From an uncultured Planctomycetia bacterium (GTDB taxonomy: Bacteria > Omnitrophota > Gorgyraeia > Duberdicusellales > 4484-171), in the NCBI GenBank assembly GCA_964489445.1, contig CAZAYU010000001.1, positions 210,276 through 274,275 on the forward strand: 64,000 bases of DNA, written 5' to 3'. The position numbers and the translations under genes are program-made. Below, piece by piece: positions 20,947 through 32,001 of this stretch; within the stretch, counting starts at the first letter, position 1; each line of letters opens with the position of its first letter. The notes under the pieces were generated by a model. It did no database searches, had not been told where the DNA came from, and saw nothing but the letters and a program-made list of their open reading frames with translations.

Positions 20947-23900
20947 TTAAACCTTCTCTACTTCAACTTTCCGATATCTTTTTAGTCCTGTTCCGGCAGG
21001 AATAAGATGCCCAACAATAACATTTTCCTTTAAGCCTTGTAGCTTATCAACCTTGCCGGCAAAAGCCGCATCTGCTAAAATTCGAGTAGTTTCCTGAAAA
21101 CTAGCCGCAGATATAAAGCTTTTAGTGTTTAGTGATGCCTTGGTAATACCTAACAAAAATGGAGAAGCAGAAGCTGGCTTGCCACCTTTCTTAATAATCT
21201 TTTCGTTCTCTCGGCGAAAATCCCACTTATCAACCCCTTCTCCAGGCAAAAATTCACTGTCCCCAGACTCTACAATTTTTACTTTTTTCAGCATTTCTCG
21301 AATAATTACTTCAATATGTTTATCATTTATGCGAACCCCTTGCAAACGATAGATCTCCTGTATTTCATTTACTAAATGCTCTTGCAACACTTTATCTCCG
21401 CAAACCTTTAAAATATCTTGCAAAACCATTGGACCTTCAGTTAATTGTTGACCAGCCGAAACACAATCTCCTCGATAAACTACTGGATGAGCACCAACTG
21501 GAATAGCATATTCACTAACCATCCCTGTAGTGCTACGTACAATTATCTTACGTTCTCCTCCGCTCTCAGTAAATTCAACAAATCCTTCAATCTCACTGAT
21601 AATTGCTGGATCTTTCGGTCTTCTTGCTTCAAATAGCTCTGCTACTCTAGGTAATCCACCAGTAATATCACGTGTTTTAGCAACTAAGCGAGGTGTTTTA
21701 GCGATAACATCTCCGGCTTCTATCATAGCTTCTTCATCTACCATTACGTGCGCGCCAGTAGGCAAAGGGTAAATACCTAAAACTTCATCACTGTCCGAGA
21801 GAATAAGCACTTTAGGATAATACTCGCCTTTAAATTCAATAACCACTCGTTCTTTTCTGCCAGTAGTCGCATTCATTTCTTCCTGGATAGTTATTTTATT
21901 TATAATGTCTTCATATTTAATACGACCCCCAGTCTCTGCTAAAATTGGAGAAGAATAAGGATCCCATCTTACAAACACTTTATCTTTATCTACTTGTTCA
22001 TTGTCGGCAAACAAAACAACAGAACCTTGAGGAATTGGATTCCTTTGCAGCTCAATTCCGTTAGAATCATTTAAGCTAATCATACCATTACGATTCAATA
22101 CTATGAAATTTTTTCCTTTTGGCACTATCTTAAGACCGTGATACTTAATGTCTCCCTTGTCCCTAGACTTAATAAACGCTCTCGCTGCTATCCGAGATGC
22201 TGTTCCACCAATATGGAATGTGCGCATCGTCAGCTGTGTACCTGGCTCTCCAATAGACTGAGCAGCAATAACACCCACGGCTTCTCCCATTTCTACTAGT
22301 TTTCGATTAGCTAAATTTCTTCCGTAACACTTAACACACACTCCTCTTTCCGATTCGCAAGTTAACACGCTACGAATTCTTATTTTTTCTAGACCCAAGC
22401 GTTCTATTCTATCAGCAACCACTTCGGTAATTTCTTCACCAGCTTTGACAATAACTCCATCGCTAATAATATCCACAATATTGTCCAAGGCCACTCTTCC
22501 AATTATTCTCTCTTTTAAGGAAACAACAACATCTTCCCCTTCTACAATTTCTGACACAGTAATTCCGTTAACTGTACCACAATCATCTTGGATGATGATT
22601 ACCTCTTGAGCAACATCCACTAAACGCCGAGTTAAATATCCAGCGTCAGCAGTTTTCAATGCAGTATCCGCTAGCCCTTTTCTTGCTCCATGCGTTGAGA
22701 TAAAAAATTCTAACACTGATAATCCTTCCTTAAAATTTGAAGTAATCGGAATCTCGATAATCTCTCCGGAAGGCTTAGCCATCAACCCTCTCATTCCAGC
22801 CAATTGCCTTACTTGCAACTTTGACCCTCTTGCCCCAGAATCAGCCATCATAAAAACAGGATTTTCCCGATCCATACTTTTAAATACAAGCTCAGATACC
22901 TTGTCAGTCGTCCTAGTCCATACATCAATGATTTTATTATGTCGTTCACGCTCAGTAATTATCCCTCGACGGTATTGATCTTCCACTTTAGCTAATTCTC
23001 CGGTTGCGTCATCTATATATTCTTGCTTTTGCTGAGGAATAACCAAATCGTCAATAGCAATACTTACCCCACCTAAAGTGGCGTACTCAAAGCCTAATGT
23101 TTTTATAGCATCTAAAAGCTTAACTACTTCACTATGCCCAAATTTTTTATAGCACTCACTAATAATTTCGGAAACACATTTCTTGTCTAACGGTTCATTT
23201 ACATATCTAAACCCCTTTGGCAATATTTCGTTAAAAATAACTCTACCCGTAGTAGTTTCAACTATCTTATTTTCATCACCATCTTGAACCCGTAATTTAA
23301 CCTTAGCATGCAGCTCTACTTCTTCGTCCTGATAAGCAGTAAATACTTCTTCTGTATTAGAAAAAATTATCCCGGCTCCGTGACAATTTTTCCGCTCAAT
23401 AGTTAAATATCGACAGCCAACAATCATATCCTGGCTAGGAGCAATTACCGGACGTCCATCTGACGGCGAAAATATATTATTTATCGACAACATCATAATT
23501 TTACACTCAGCCTGCGCCTCTAAAGACAAAGGAAGATGAACTGCCATTTGGTCTCCATCAAAATCAGCATTAAACGCCGCACAAACTAGAGGATGTAACT
23601 TTATTGCTTTTCCTTCTACTAAAACAGGATAAAAAGCCTGTACACTTAAACGATGAAGCGTGGGTGCACGATTTAATAATACAGGATGCCCTTTGATTAC
23701 ATCCTCTAAAATATCCCAAACTTCAACTCTCGCCCTCTCTACCATTCTCCGAGCCCCTTTTATAGTATGCACAAAACCTTTTTCTCTTAACTTCTTAATA
23801 ATAAATGGCTCCACCAATTCTAAAGCCATCTGTTTTGGTAGTCCGCATTGATGTAATTTTAATTCTGGACCAACAACTATTACACTTCTTCCCGAATAGT

Positions 23901-24912
23901 CAACACGTTTTCCTAAAAGATTTTGGCGAAAACGTCCTTGCTTACCCTTTAACATATCCGAAAGGCTTTTTAACGGACGATTTTGCGGACCAACAACCGG
24001 CCGTCCGTGACGTCCGTTTTCAATCACCGCATCTACTGCTTCCTGAAGCATTCTTTTTTCGTTACGAATGATAATATCTGGAGCTCCCAAACTCATTAAT
24101 TTTTTCAAACGATTATTCCGATTTATTACTCTTCGATAAAGGTCATTAAGATCTGAAGAAGCAAACCTGCCCCCATCAAGAGGAACTAGAGGCCGTAAAT
24201 CAGGAGGGATAACCGGCAACGCTTTCAACACTACCCATTCCGGACTATTGCCTGAGCGACGTAAGTCTTCAATTATCTTCAACCTTTTGAATAGTCTTTT
24301 ATTTAAGCCAACTTTTCCTTTTGCAATATTTTTACGTACTGCTTTGCTCAACTTTTCTAAGTCAGTTTCTTTTAACAATTCTTCAATTGCCGCAGCTCCA
24401 GTACCAGTCTTCAACTCGTTAGGATATTTATCCATATTTTCTCGATACTCTGTTTCACTAAGCAACTGATTTTTTTTAAGTTTTGTTTTCCCAGGGTCAA
24501 TAACAATGTGCTCCTCATAATAGATAACCTTTTCCAGTTGTTTGATACTCAAGTCTAAAATAGCACCAACTCGAGAAGGAAGCACTTTAAAAAACCAAAT
24601 ATGAGCAACTGGAGCAGCCAATTCAATATGTCCCATGCGCTGGCGGCGAACCGAAGAGTGTAATACCTCTACACCACAACGATCACATTTTGTTCCTTTG
24701 AATTTTAGCCCTTTCAACTTCCCGCAATGGCACTCCCAATCCTTTATTGGACCAAATATTCTTTCGCAAAATAAACCATCTTTCTCCGGTTTTAGCGTGC
24801 GATAATTTAAGGTCTCTGCTTTTTTTATCTCACCAGAAGACCAGCTTTTTATAACATGGAGAGGAGCCAATTTTATGCTTATTTGATCAAAAAAAACATC
24901 TTTTTCAATCAT
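20947..24912 (-). CDS. rpoC: RNA polymerase subunit beta'
   Basis: Catalytic NADFDGD, N-terminal Zn finger, [18 protein letters not shown] with trigger-loop insertion. Confidence 0.99.
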   Translation of the reverse strand: MIEKDVFFDQISIKLAPLHVIKSWSSGEIKKAETLNYRTLKPEKDGLFCERIFGPIKDWECHCGKLKGLKFKGTKCDRCGVEVLHSSVRRQRMGHIELAAPVAHIWFFKVLPSRVGAILDLSIKQLEKVIYYEEHIVIDPGKTKLKKNQLLSETEYRENMDKYPNELKTGTGAAAIEELLKETDLEKLSKAVRKNIAKGKVGLNKRLFKRLKIIEDLRRSGNSPEWVVLKALPVIPPDLRPLVPLDGGRFASSDLNDLYRRVINRNNRLKKLMSLGAPDIIIRNEKRMLQEAVDAVIENGRHGRPVVGPQNRPLKSLSDMLKGKQGRFRQNLLGKRVDYSGRSVIVVGPELKLHQCGLPKQMALELVEPFIIKKLREKGFVHTIKGARRMVERARVEVWDILEDVIKGHPVLLNRAPTLHRLSVQAFYPVLVEGKAIKLHPLVCAAFNADFDGDQMAVHLPLSLEAQAECKIMMLSINNIFSPSDGRPVIAPSQDMIVGCRYLTIERKNCHGAGIIFSNTEEVFTAYQDEEVELHAKVKLRVQDGDENKIVETTTGRVIFNEILPKGFRYVNEPLDKKCVSEIISECYKKFGHSEVVKLLDAIKTLGFEYATLGGVSIAIDDLVIPQQKQEYIDDATGELAKVEDQYRRGIITERERHNKIIDVWTRTTDKVSELVFKSMDRENPVFMMADSGARGSKLQVRQLAGMRGLMAKPSGEIIEIPITSNFKEGLSVLEFFISTHGARKGLADTALKTADAGYLTRRLVDVAQEVIIIQDDCGTVNGITVSEIVEGEDVVVSLKERIIGRVALDNIVDIISDGVIVKAGEEITEVVADRIERLGLEKIRIRSVLTCESERGVCVKCYGRNLANRKLVEMGEAVGVIAAQSIGEPGTQLTMRTFHIGGTASRIAARAFIKSRDKGDIKYHGLKIVPKGKNFIVLNRNGMISLNDSNGIELQRNPIPQGSVVLFADNEQVDKDKVFVRWDPYSSPILAETGGRIKYEDIINKITIQEEMNATTGRKERVVIEFKGEYYPKVLILSDSDEVLGIYPLPTGAHVMVDEEAMIEAGDVIAKTPRLVAKTRDITGGLPRVAELFEARRPKDPAIISEIEGFVEFTESGGERKIIVRSTTGMVSEYAIPVGAHPVVYRGDCVSAGQQLTEGPMVLQDILKVCGDKVLQEHLVNEIQEIYRLQGVRINDKHIEVIIREMLKKVKIVESGDSEFLPGEGVDKWDFRRENEKIIKKGGKPASASPFLLGITKASLNTKSFISAASFQETTRILADAAFAGKVDKLQGLKENVIVGHLIPAGTGLKRYRKVEVEKV

Positions 24913-27900
24913 TATTTACTCTCCTTAATTTTTATTGCCTTCTCTGCCCGTATATCTAAACAAAGGCCCTGTAATTCTTTTATCAACACATTAAAAGATT
25001 CGGGAACGGAAGGATGAAATTTTTGTTCACCCCTGACTATTGCCTCATAAATTCGTGTTCTTCCTTCTACATCATCACTTTTTACAGTAAGCATTTCTTG
25101 AAGTGTAAAAGCCGCACCATAAGCTTCTAAAGCCCACACTTCCATTTCTCCAAAACGTTGTCCACCAAACTGTGCTTTCCCACCTAATGGCTGTTGTGTT
25201 ATTAACGAGTAAGGACCAATAGCTCGTGCATGAATTTTATCGTCAATCATATGGTTTAATTTCATTATATACATATATCCGACACCAGCCTTCTGTAAAA
25301 ATAATTTTCCTGTATGCCCATCGTAAAGTGAAACCTTACCACTTTCTGCTAAACCACCCTTCCTCAATAATTCTTTTATGTCATCAATAGTTGCACCATC
25401 AAAAGCAGGAGAAATAGCATTTATTCCTAATTTTTTTGCAGCCCAACCAAGGTGCATCTCTAACAGCTGACCAACATTCATTCGCGACGGAACCCCTAGA
25501 GGATTTAAAATTAAATCTACCGGAGTGCCATCCTCTAAAAAAGGCATGTCTTCTTCCGGTAAAATTCTTGAAATAACTCCTTTATTCCCGTGACGACCAG
25601 AAAGTTTATCTCCAGCTGATATTTTTCTTTTCATCGCCACAAACACCACTACTCTTTTCAAAACACCAGCAGGCAACTCATCACCTTTCTTAATCTTTGC
25701 TAATTCTAAATCTCTTTCAATCATCAACTCATTTAACCGATCATCATAAATCGCAAGTATTGAGCGAGCATCTTCATTTTCTTCACAGTTAGCCGCTGTA
25801 ATTTTCTTCTCGTTTTTACCTAAGGCCATGCTTAACCGTCTGGCTTTTTCCCGCTCCAGCAATTCCTTTTCCTCCGCGTAATATTTTTCAATTTCTTTTG
25901 TTCTTTTTATTTCCTCAGTTTTCTCTTTCTTAGTTCGTCGCCCTTTGTCTTTCCTTTGAAAAACTTCAACATCGATAACCACCCCATACACACCTGGCGG
26001 AACACGCAAGGAAGTATCTCGAACATCCGCAGCTTTTTCACCAAATATTGCTCGTAATAATCTCTCTTCAGGAGAAAGTTCCTTCTCAGTTTTTGGAGTT
26101 ACTCTTCCCACTAAAATATCATCGGGTCCTACTTCCGCTCCGATTCTCACAACTCCTTGGTCATCAAGATTACTTAAAGTTTCTTCGTTAACATTAGGGA
26201 TATCCCGAGTAACTTCTTCATTTCCTAATCTAGTTTCTCGAGCTTCAATTCCAAATTTTTCGATATGCACAGATGTAAGTACATCATCTTTTACTAACCG
26301 CTCATTAATGATGATTGCGTCTTCAAAGTTGTACCCTCTCCAGGGCACAAACGCAACCAAGATGTTCGTACCTAACGCTAATTCTTCATTTTTAGTAGCC
26401 ATCCCGTCAGCAAGAACCATCCCTTTTTTTACTTCATCACCCTTTCTAACTACCGGCCTTTGGTTGATACAAGTATCCGCGTTGGAACGAGTAAATTTTT
26501 TTAATTTATAACTAAAGTTATTAATTTTTATCGTTGCTGCATCTACTTCAGTAGCCTCCCCTGTTTCTTTGCTGGTTAAAGCAACTCCACTATCAACGGC
26601 AACTGTTTTTTCCATGCCAGTGCCTACAAGCGGCTGCTGAGGAAAAAGAAGCGGAACAGCCTGCCTCTGCATATTCGACCCCATTAGCGCCCGATTAGCA
26701 TCATCATGTTCTAGAAACGGGATTAACGCTGCAGAAACAGATATGATTTGTTGAGGAGAAATATCCATATATTCAAGATCATTCGGTTTTACCCTTGGAA
26801 ACTTGCCTTTACAACGTGCATAAACTTTTTTATCAGTAATAACGCCTTCGCTACTAATATTTTCTGTTACCTGAGCAATCATCTTGATCTCTTCTTCATC
26901 ACTTACCAAATAATCGATTTTGTCGGAAACCTTACCGCCCTCTACTCTCCGATACGGCGTGGTGAGAAATCCTAAAGGATTAATCCGTGAGTAGATTGTT
27001 AGTGAAGATAAAAGGCCAATATTCGCTCCTTCCGGAGTTTCAATGGGGCATATTTTTCCATAATGAGTGGGATGAACATCTCTAACTTCAAAGCCCGCCC
27101 TTTCTCTTGATAATCCTCCTGGCCCCATCGCTGAAAGCCTACGCTTATGTGTTACCTCTGCTAAGGGATTAGTTTGATCCATAAATTGAGAAAGCGGAGA
27201 ACGTGCAAAAAAATCCTGAATTTGAGTAGAAAAAGCCCTCGAATTAATTAGATGTTGGATAGAAAAACCATTTGAAGCAATAAGTGAGTACCTCTCCATA
27301 AAAGTCCTTTCTACACGCAACAAACCAATCCTTACTTGATGCTGCAATAGCTCTCCGATAAGTTTTACCCTTCGATTAGCAAGGTGATCAATGTCGTCAA
27401 CATCTCTTTTTCCTGCTTTTACATTAAGCAAAACTTTAATTATCTCCACGAGAGTAGGAAGATCCAATGTTCTTTTATTGGAAGAAACATCCATTTTCAA
27501 TTTTTTATTCATGATATAACGGCCGACCTTTCCCAAATCATAACGCCGTGGATCCAAAAACATTCGTCTGAATACTTCCTTAGCAGCTTCTAATGTAACT
27601 GGCTCGGTTGGTCTCATTTTTTTATAGAAATCTAAGTATGCTTCTTCTTTGTTCGCTGTGTAGTCTTTTTTAACTGTATTTACAATTTCTGGATAAGGTT
27701 TATCGGAAAACTTTTGATAGATATCATCATCCGAGGAAAGACCCATTATCCGCAAAATCTGGGTAACCGGAAATGTCCTACGACGATCAACAATAGCACT
27801 GATCGTATCATTTACATCAGCTCTAAATTCCACCCAATAGCCTCGATAAGGAATAATCCGGGCAAAATAAATACGCTTTCCCGTAGGATGAATTTCCTCA

Positions 27901-28343
27901 TCAAAAAATACACCCGGAGAGCGTTGTAGCTGACTGATAATTGCTCTTTCATCTCCGTTTATAACAAACGACGCACTGTCAGTCATCAAAGGAATATCTC
28001 CTAAATAAATTTCCTGTTCACGAATCTCTTGAGATGGCCCAAGCAATCGTAAGCAAACCCGCAAAGGAGCCGCATATGTTTGTGCCCTTCTTTTACACTC
28101 TTCGATGCTGTAACGCGCACGGCTTAAACTATATGATATGTACTCTAGGCGATATTGTTTATCTGGACTTTCCATCGGAAATATTTCCTGCAATATTTCC
28201 TGGATTCCTAAACGTTTTCTTTTTTCCGGCAAAACATTTACCTGAAGAAAGTCTCGGTAGGAATATATCTGATGATCAAGAAAATGAGGCGCAGAAACAC
28301 TTTTTTTAATTTTAGCAAAGGATATTTTTTTTACTTTTTTCAA
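24912..28343 (-). CDS. rpoB: RNA polymerase subunit beta
   Basis: [31 protein letters not shown]; TTG start with GAGGAGG SD. Confidence 0.99.
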   Translation of the reverse strand: MKKVKKISFAKIKKSVSAPHFLDHQIYSYRDFLQVNVLPEKRKRLGIQEILQEIFPMESPDKQYRLEYISYSLSRARYSIEECKRRAQTYAAPLRVCLRLLGPSQEIREQEIYLGDIPLMTDSASFVINGDERAIISQLQRSPGVFFDEEIHPTGKRIYFARIIPYRGYWVEFRADVNDTISAIVDRRRTFPVTQILRIMGLSSDDDIYQKFSDKPYPEIVNTVKKDYTANKEEAYLDFYKKMRPTEPVTLEAAKEVFRRMFLDPRRYDLGKVGRYIMNKKLKMDVSSNKRTLDLPTLVEIIKVLLNVKAGKRDVDDIDHLANRRVKLIGELLQHQVRIGLLRVERTFMERYSLIASNGFSIQHLINSRAFSTQIQDFFARSPLSQFMDQTNPLAEVTHKRRLSAMGPGGLSRERAGFEVRDVHPTHYGKICPIETPEGANIGLLSSLTIYSRINPLGFLTTPYRRVEGGKVSDKIDYLVSDEEEIKMIAQVTENISSEGVITDKKVYARCKGKFPRVKPNDLEYMDISPQQIISVSAALIPFLEHDDANRALMGSNMQRQAVPLLFPQQPLVGTGMEKTVAVDSGVALTSKETGEATEVDAATIKINNFSYKLKKFTRSNADTCINQRPVVRKGDEVKKGMVLADGMATKNEELALGTNILVAFVPWRGYNFEDAIIINERLVKDDVLTSVHIEKFGIEARETRLGNEEVTRDIPNVNEETLSNLDDQGVVRIGAEVGPDDILVGRVTPKTEKELSPEERLLRAIFGEKAADVRDTSLRVPPGVYGVVIDVEVFQRKDKGRRTKKEKTEEIKRTKEIEKYYAEEKELLEREKARRLSMALGKNEKKITAANCEENEDARSILAIYDDRLNELMIERDLELAKIKKGDELPAGVLKRVVVFVAMKRKISAGDKLSGRHGNKGVISRILPEEDMPFLEDGTPVDLILNPLGVPSRMNVGQLLEMHLGWAAKKLGINAISPAFDGATIDDIKELLRKGGLAESGKVSLYDGHTGKLFLQKAGVGYMYIMKLNHMIDDKIHARAIGPYSLITQQPLGGKAQFGGQRFGEMEVWALEAYGAAFTLQEMLTVKSDDVEGRTRIYEAIVRGEQKFHPSVPESFNVLIKELQGLCLDIRAEKAIKIKESK

Positions 28344-28433
28344 TTCTTAATCCTCCTCTTAACACAACATAAAAACTCAGATCCAATTTAGACACCTGTC
28401 ACTCTAGGAATTTATTCTGCTTTTAAAACCTGA

Positions 28434-28808
28434 CTACTTTAACTCTACGGTTGCACCAGCAGCTTCTAACCTTTTCTTAAGTTCTTCAGATTCTTCCTTG
28501 GTAACATTTTCTTTTACCGGCTTAGGAGCAGAATCAGCAAGTTCTTTAGCCTCTCTTAACCCTAGCTCAGTTATTGCTCTTATTTCTTTAATAACCGCTA
28601 TTTTATTTGCACCTACACCAGTCAACACTACTGTAAATGCCGTTTTTTCTTCCTCTTCTTCGACAGCAGCAGAAGCACCCCCTGCCTGCACCATTGCTGG
28701 GGCACTAGCAGTAACTCCAAATTTTTCTTCACAGGCTTTTACTAACTCCGAAAGCTCCAAAACAGTCATTTCCCCTATCGCTTTTAAAATATCTTCTGTT
28801 TTCGACAT
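28434..28808 (-). CDS. rplL: 50S ribosomal protein L7/L12
   Basis: [40 protein letters not shown]. Confidence 0.98.
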   Translation of the reverse strand: MSKTEDILKAIGEMTVLELSELVKACEEKFGVTASAPAMVQAGGASAAVEEEEEKTAFTVVLTGVGANKIAVIKEIRAITELGLREAKELADSAPKPVKENVTKEESEELKKRLEAAGATVELK

Positions 28809-28823
28809 AACAACCCCCTTTTA

Positions 28824-29348
28824 CTATTTATTTTTTTTTATCTCTTCTATTGTCCAAACAAATTTCAATATTACCTGATTCAAGCTAGAAAGAAATCCAG
28901 TCAACGGTGAAACAATAGCCGACAACGCCATGCCTAAAAGAACATCCTTGGAAGGAAGATTAGCCAAGCCTGCCACCTCTTTGCTGGTAAGCCTTTGCAA
29001 TCCTACTACGGCACCCTTTAAATTTAGACATTCATTTTCTTTGGCAAAATCAACAATAATTTTAGCAGCTTCAACTACATTCTCACCGGACACAAAAATA
29101 ATGCCGGTTTCTAAATCTAAAAACTCATTTAGGTCTTCTCTTCCAGAAGAACTAAACGCCCTTTTGAACAAAGAATTCTTTGTTGCAAAAATAGAAGATT
29201 CAACCTGTCTAAGATTATTTCGCAAAACATTAAGCGGGAAAGCTCCAATTTTATTAAAACTAATAAATATAAATCCATTTGCATTAGTAATCTTCCCTGC
29301 TAGTTCTTCAATAATGTACTTTTTGGTTAATAAGCCTATTTTTTCCAT
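28824..29348 (-). CDS. rplJ: 50S ribosomal protein L10
   Basis: KNSLFKRA, LANLPSK; between rplA and rplL. Confidence 0.93.
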   Translation of the reverse strand: MEKIGLLTKKYIIEELAGKITNANGFIFISFNKIGAFPLNVLRNNLRQVESSIFATKNSLFKRAFSSSGREDLNEFLDLETGIIFVSGENVVEAAKIIVDFAKENECLNLKGAVVGLQRLTSKEVAGLANLPSKDVLLGMALSAIVSPLTGFLSSLNQVILKFVWTIEEIKKNK

Positions 29349-29370
29349 AATACCTTCCTATAATACTTAG

Positions 29371-30054
29371 TTAAACATTAACTTGCATTGACGGACTCAT
29401 CGTTGATGATAAGTAAATGCTTCCGATAAAATCACCTTTAACCGATTGCGGACGCGCAGATCGGAGAGCTTCCATAAAAGCAGTAATATTCTCAATTAAC
29501 GCTTGTTTATCAAAAGATAATTTACCCACACCAACATGAATACACCCAAATTTATCCATTCGAAAATCTATCTTCCCTCTTTTTGCCTCACCTATCGCAT
29601 AGCTTACATTATCAGTTACCGTACCAACTTTCGGCGAAGGCATCAGCCCTCTAGGTCCTAAAAATTTACCTAGTTTGCTTACTGACCTCATCATTGAAGG
29701 TGACGCGATACAACAATCAAAATCAGCCCATCCCTCTTTGAGAATTTTATCAATAATTTGATCCGACCCAATATAATCAGCACCAGCAGCTTGAGCCTCC
29801 TTTTCTTTTTCCGGTTCGCAGAATACAAGTACTTTTATTTTTTTTCCAGTTCCGTTAGGAAGCATTACAGAGCTTCTGACCATCTGGTCAGATTGTTTGG
29901 GATCAGCTCCCAATTTACCACTAAGCTCTACGGTCTCATCAAATTTAACATGGGGCAAACTCTTTAAAAGAGAAATCGCATCTTCTACACTATAGACTTT
30001 ACGGCTATCAACTAATTTTTCTGCTTCCAAATATCGTTTACTTACTTTCATCAT
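29371..30054 (-). CDS. rplA: 50S ribosomal protein L1
   Basis: [34 protein letters not shown]. Start set at ATG 30054 behind an AGGAG SD. Confidence 0.96.
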   Translation of the reverse strand: MMKVSKRYLEAEKLVDSRKVYSVEDAISLLKSLPHVKFDETVELSGKLGADPKQSDQMVRSSVMLPNGTGKKIKVLVFCEPEKEKEAQAAGADYIGSDQIIDKILKEGWADFDCCIASPSMMRSVSKLGKFLGPRGLMPSPKVGTVTDNVSYAIGEAKRGKIDFRMDKFGCIHVGVGKLSFDKQALIENITAFMEALRSARPQSVKGDFIGSIYLSSTMSPSMQVNV

Positions 30055-30511
30055 TAATCTCCTGGATATTGTTGCCATCAACCACTTTAATGCCGCAGCT
30101 TCTTGCTGTACCTTCTACAATTTTCACAGCACTTTCCAGATTGAAAGTATTTAAGTCGGTCATCTTTTCTTTAGCAATTTCCTTCACTGCTTTTTTAGTA
30201 ACTTCACCAATAATTTCCTTTCCGGGCTGCGAACTTGCTTTAGCTAAATTGGCTGCCCGTTTAAGCAAAAAGGAAACCGGAGGACTTTTAACAATAAAAT
30301 CAAACGACTTATTTTCGTAAACATTAATTATAACCGGCAACACAATGCCTTCTTTCTGCTTAGTCGCCTCGTTAAATGATTTACAAAATTGCATTATGTT
30401 TAAACCATGTTGTCCTAGTGCTGGGCCAACAGGCGGAGCAGGATTAGCGCTTCCTGCCGGAATCTGCAGTTTTATTTGTTTAATTGGTTTCTTTTTTTTC
30501 TTTTTTGCCAT
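30038..30511 (-). CDS. rplK: 50S ribosomal protein L11
   Basis: [31 protein letters not shown]. Confidence 0.98.
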   Translation of the reverse strand: MAKKKKKKPIKQIKLQIPAGSANPAPPVGPALGQHGLNIMQFCKSFNEATKQKEGIVLPVIINVYENKSFDFIVKSPPVSFLLKRAANLAKASSQPGKEIIGEVTKKAVKEIAKEKMTDLNTFNLESAVKIVEGTARSCGIKVVDGNNIQEINDESK

Positions 30512-30551
30512 CTTTTACTCCAAAGTTATTTTCTTTTAAATTTCTTTTAAG

Positions 30552-31079
30552 TTAAATACGTTCAACTTGCCAAAATTCAAGCTCTACCGGCGTTACCCTG
30601 CCAAAGATAGAAACATTTACTCTTAGCCTACCCTTCTCTGGAAGAACTTCTTCAACTGCCCCGCTAAAATTAAGAAACGGACCTTCAATAACCCGAACAC
30701 TTTCATTTCTTTCAAAGGTTACTTTTTGTGCGGGTTTTGCTTTACTTTCTTCAGCTTTAGTTAAGATACGATCTACTTCCTCTTGAGATATTGGGGAGGG
30801 TTTTCGGCGCGGACCAATAAACGCCGTGACACCTGGAGTTTTACGTACAAACAACCATGTATCATCGTTCATTTCCATATGAATCAACATATACCCGGGA
30901 AAAAATTTTCTTTCGGAAACTTTCCGTTTTCCAAGTTTAACTTCTGTAATCTGCTCTTTAGGAATAATAACGCTATCGATTAACTCTTGATAGCCCTTAG
31001 CCTCAATCGCAATTTCTAGATTTGTCTTAGTTTTATTCTCAGCACCACTGAGCGTATGTAAAATATACCACTGCTTCAT
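30552..31079 (-). CDS. nusG: Transcription termination/antitermination factor NusG
   Basis: WYILHT.SG.E, FPGYMLI, KOW VIEGPF, IFGRVTPVELEF. Confidence 0.98.
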   Translation of the reverse strand: MKQWYILHTLSGAENKTKTNLEIAIEAKGYQELIDSVIIPKEQITEVKLGKRKVSERKFFPGYMLIHMEMNDDTWLFVRKTPGVTAFIGPRRKPSPISQEEVDRILTKAEESKAKPAQKVTFERNESVRVIEGPFLNFSGAVEEVLPEKGRLRVNVSIFGRVTPVELEFWQVERI

Positions 31080-31082
31080 ATA

Positions 31083-31277
31083 TTACCTCAAAACAAGCTG
31101 CATTAGTTTAGACAACCCTAAATCAACAGCAAAGATATAAGAAGTCATCAACCCGGAAACGATAAAAACAATAACTGAAGCTGTTGTCAGCTCTTTCCGG
31201 GAAGGCCAATTAATATTTTTTAGTTCTTCCCTAACTTCCTTGAAAAATTTTGGTATTTTTTTAAAGCGCTTAACCAT
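31083..31277 (-). CDS. secE: Preprotein translocase SecE
   Basis: FFKEVREELKNINWPSRKE plus a single TM helix; upstream of nusG. Confidence 0.95.
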   Translation of the reverse strand: MVKRFKKIPKFFKEVREELKNINWPSRKELTTASVIVFIVSGLMTSYIFAVDLGLSKLMQLVLR

Positions 31278-31304
31278 TATGAAATCATTTTAGTGTTTTT
31301 TACA

Positions 31305-31378
31305 CAGGCGAGGCAGGAGTTGAACCTGCAACCCCCGGTTTTGGAGACCGGTGCTCTAGCCAATTGAGCTACTCGCCT
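31305..31378 (-). tRNA. tRNA-Trp (CCA)
   Basis: Cloverleaf AGGCGAG...CTCGCCT-G, anticodon loop CT-CCA-AA, T-loop GTTCAAC; canonical position before secE; 3' CCA not encoded. Confidence 0.96.
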
Positions 31379-31437
31379 TCAACTCTAAAAACTCACCTGC
31401 TTAAAACAGGATGTATCAAAAAACCATTATCCCCGCT

Positions 31438-31590
31438 TTAGACTTTAGATTCTTTATGTACAGTATGCTTACGATCAAAACGGCAATATTTTTTTATCGA
31501 AAGTTTTTCCGGATGCTTCCGCTTATTCTTAGTAGTATAATAATTTTTTCTTTTGCAATCTGTACAAGCTAACGCAATTAATTCTCTCAT
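31438..31590 (-). CDS. rpmG: 50S ribosomal protein L33
   Basis: Below ORF-track cutoff. Manual translation MRELIALACTDCKRKNYYTTKNKRKHPEKLSIKKYCRFDRKHTVHKESKV*. Confidence 0.97.
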   Translation of the reverse strand: MRELIALACTDCKRKNYYTTKNKRKHPEKLSIKKYCRFDRKHTVHKESKV

Positions 31591-31699
31591 AATAATTTAG
31601 ATTAATATAAAAACAATAAGGCTCTTTACGGCCCCCTCTTGCTTTTAGTGTGCTACTTTATTTTTTTGATTCTTACACCCTTGTTTAGCTTACTTCCTA

Positions 31700-31772
31700 A
31701 GCCTGGAGCGGGAGTTGAACCCACGACCTCGTCCTTACCAAGGACGTGCTCTGCCAACTGAGCTATCCAGGC
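31700..31772 (-). tRNA. tRNA-Thr (GGT)
   Basis: Cloverleaf GCCTGGA...TCCAGGC-T, anticodon loop TT-GGT-AA, T-loop GTTCAAC. Confidence 0.96.
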
Positions 31773-31843
31773 AAAAATACGAGGTATTTTATATTGGAAT
31801 AATCTGATTATCTTGCTGAATGCGAAAACCCATAAACCATAGA

Positions 31844-31871
31844 ATCATACTATAAACAAGATTTTTGTCAA
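31844..31871 (-). promoter_or_regulatory. Sigma70-type promoter heading the tRNA-Thr/ribosomal superoperon
   Basis: TTGACA (31871-31866), 16-nt spacer, TATGAT (31849-31844), with an AT-rich upstream tract. Confidence 0.65.
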
Positions 31872-32001
31872 GAAAAAAATATAAAATTTTAAATTATTAG
31901 CTTATCCAAAACACAAATGCCACAAATTATTCATTTTTACTTGTGTCTGTCTCGAGCTTTTTACCTAATATTATTCACGCAGACAATGAAAAATATAGCA
32001 A

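Noticed and set aside
30486-30508. Poly-lysine/A-rich starts of rplK (and rpsK) as slippage sites
   Set aside because: Reading frames are intact, A-runs are broken by AAG codons, and basic N-termini are usual for r-proteins.
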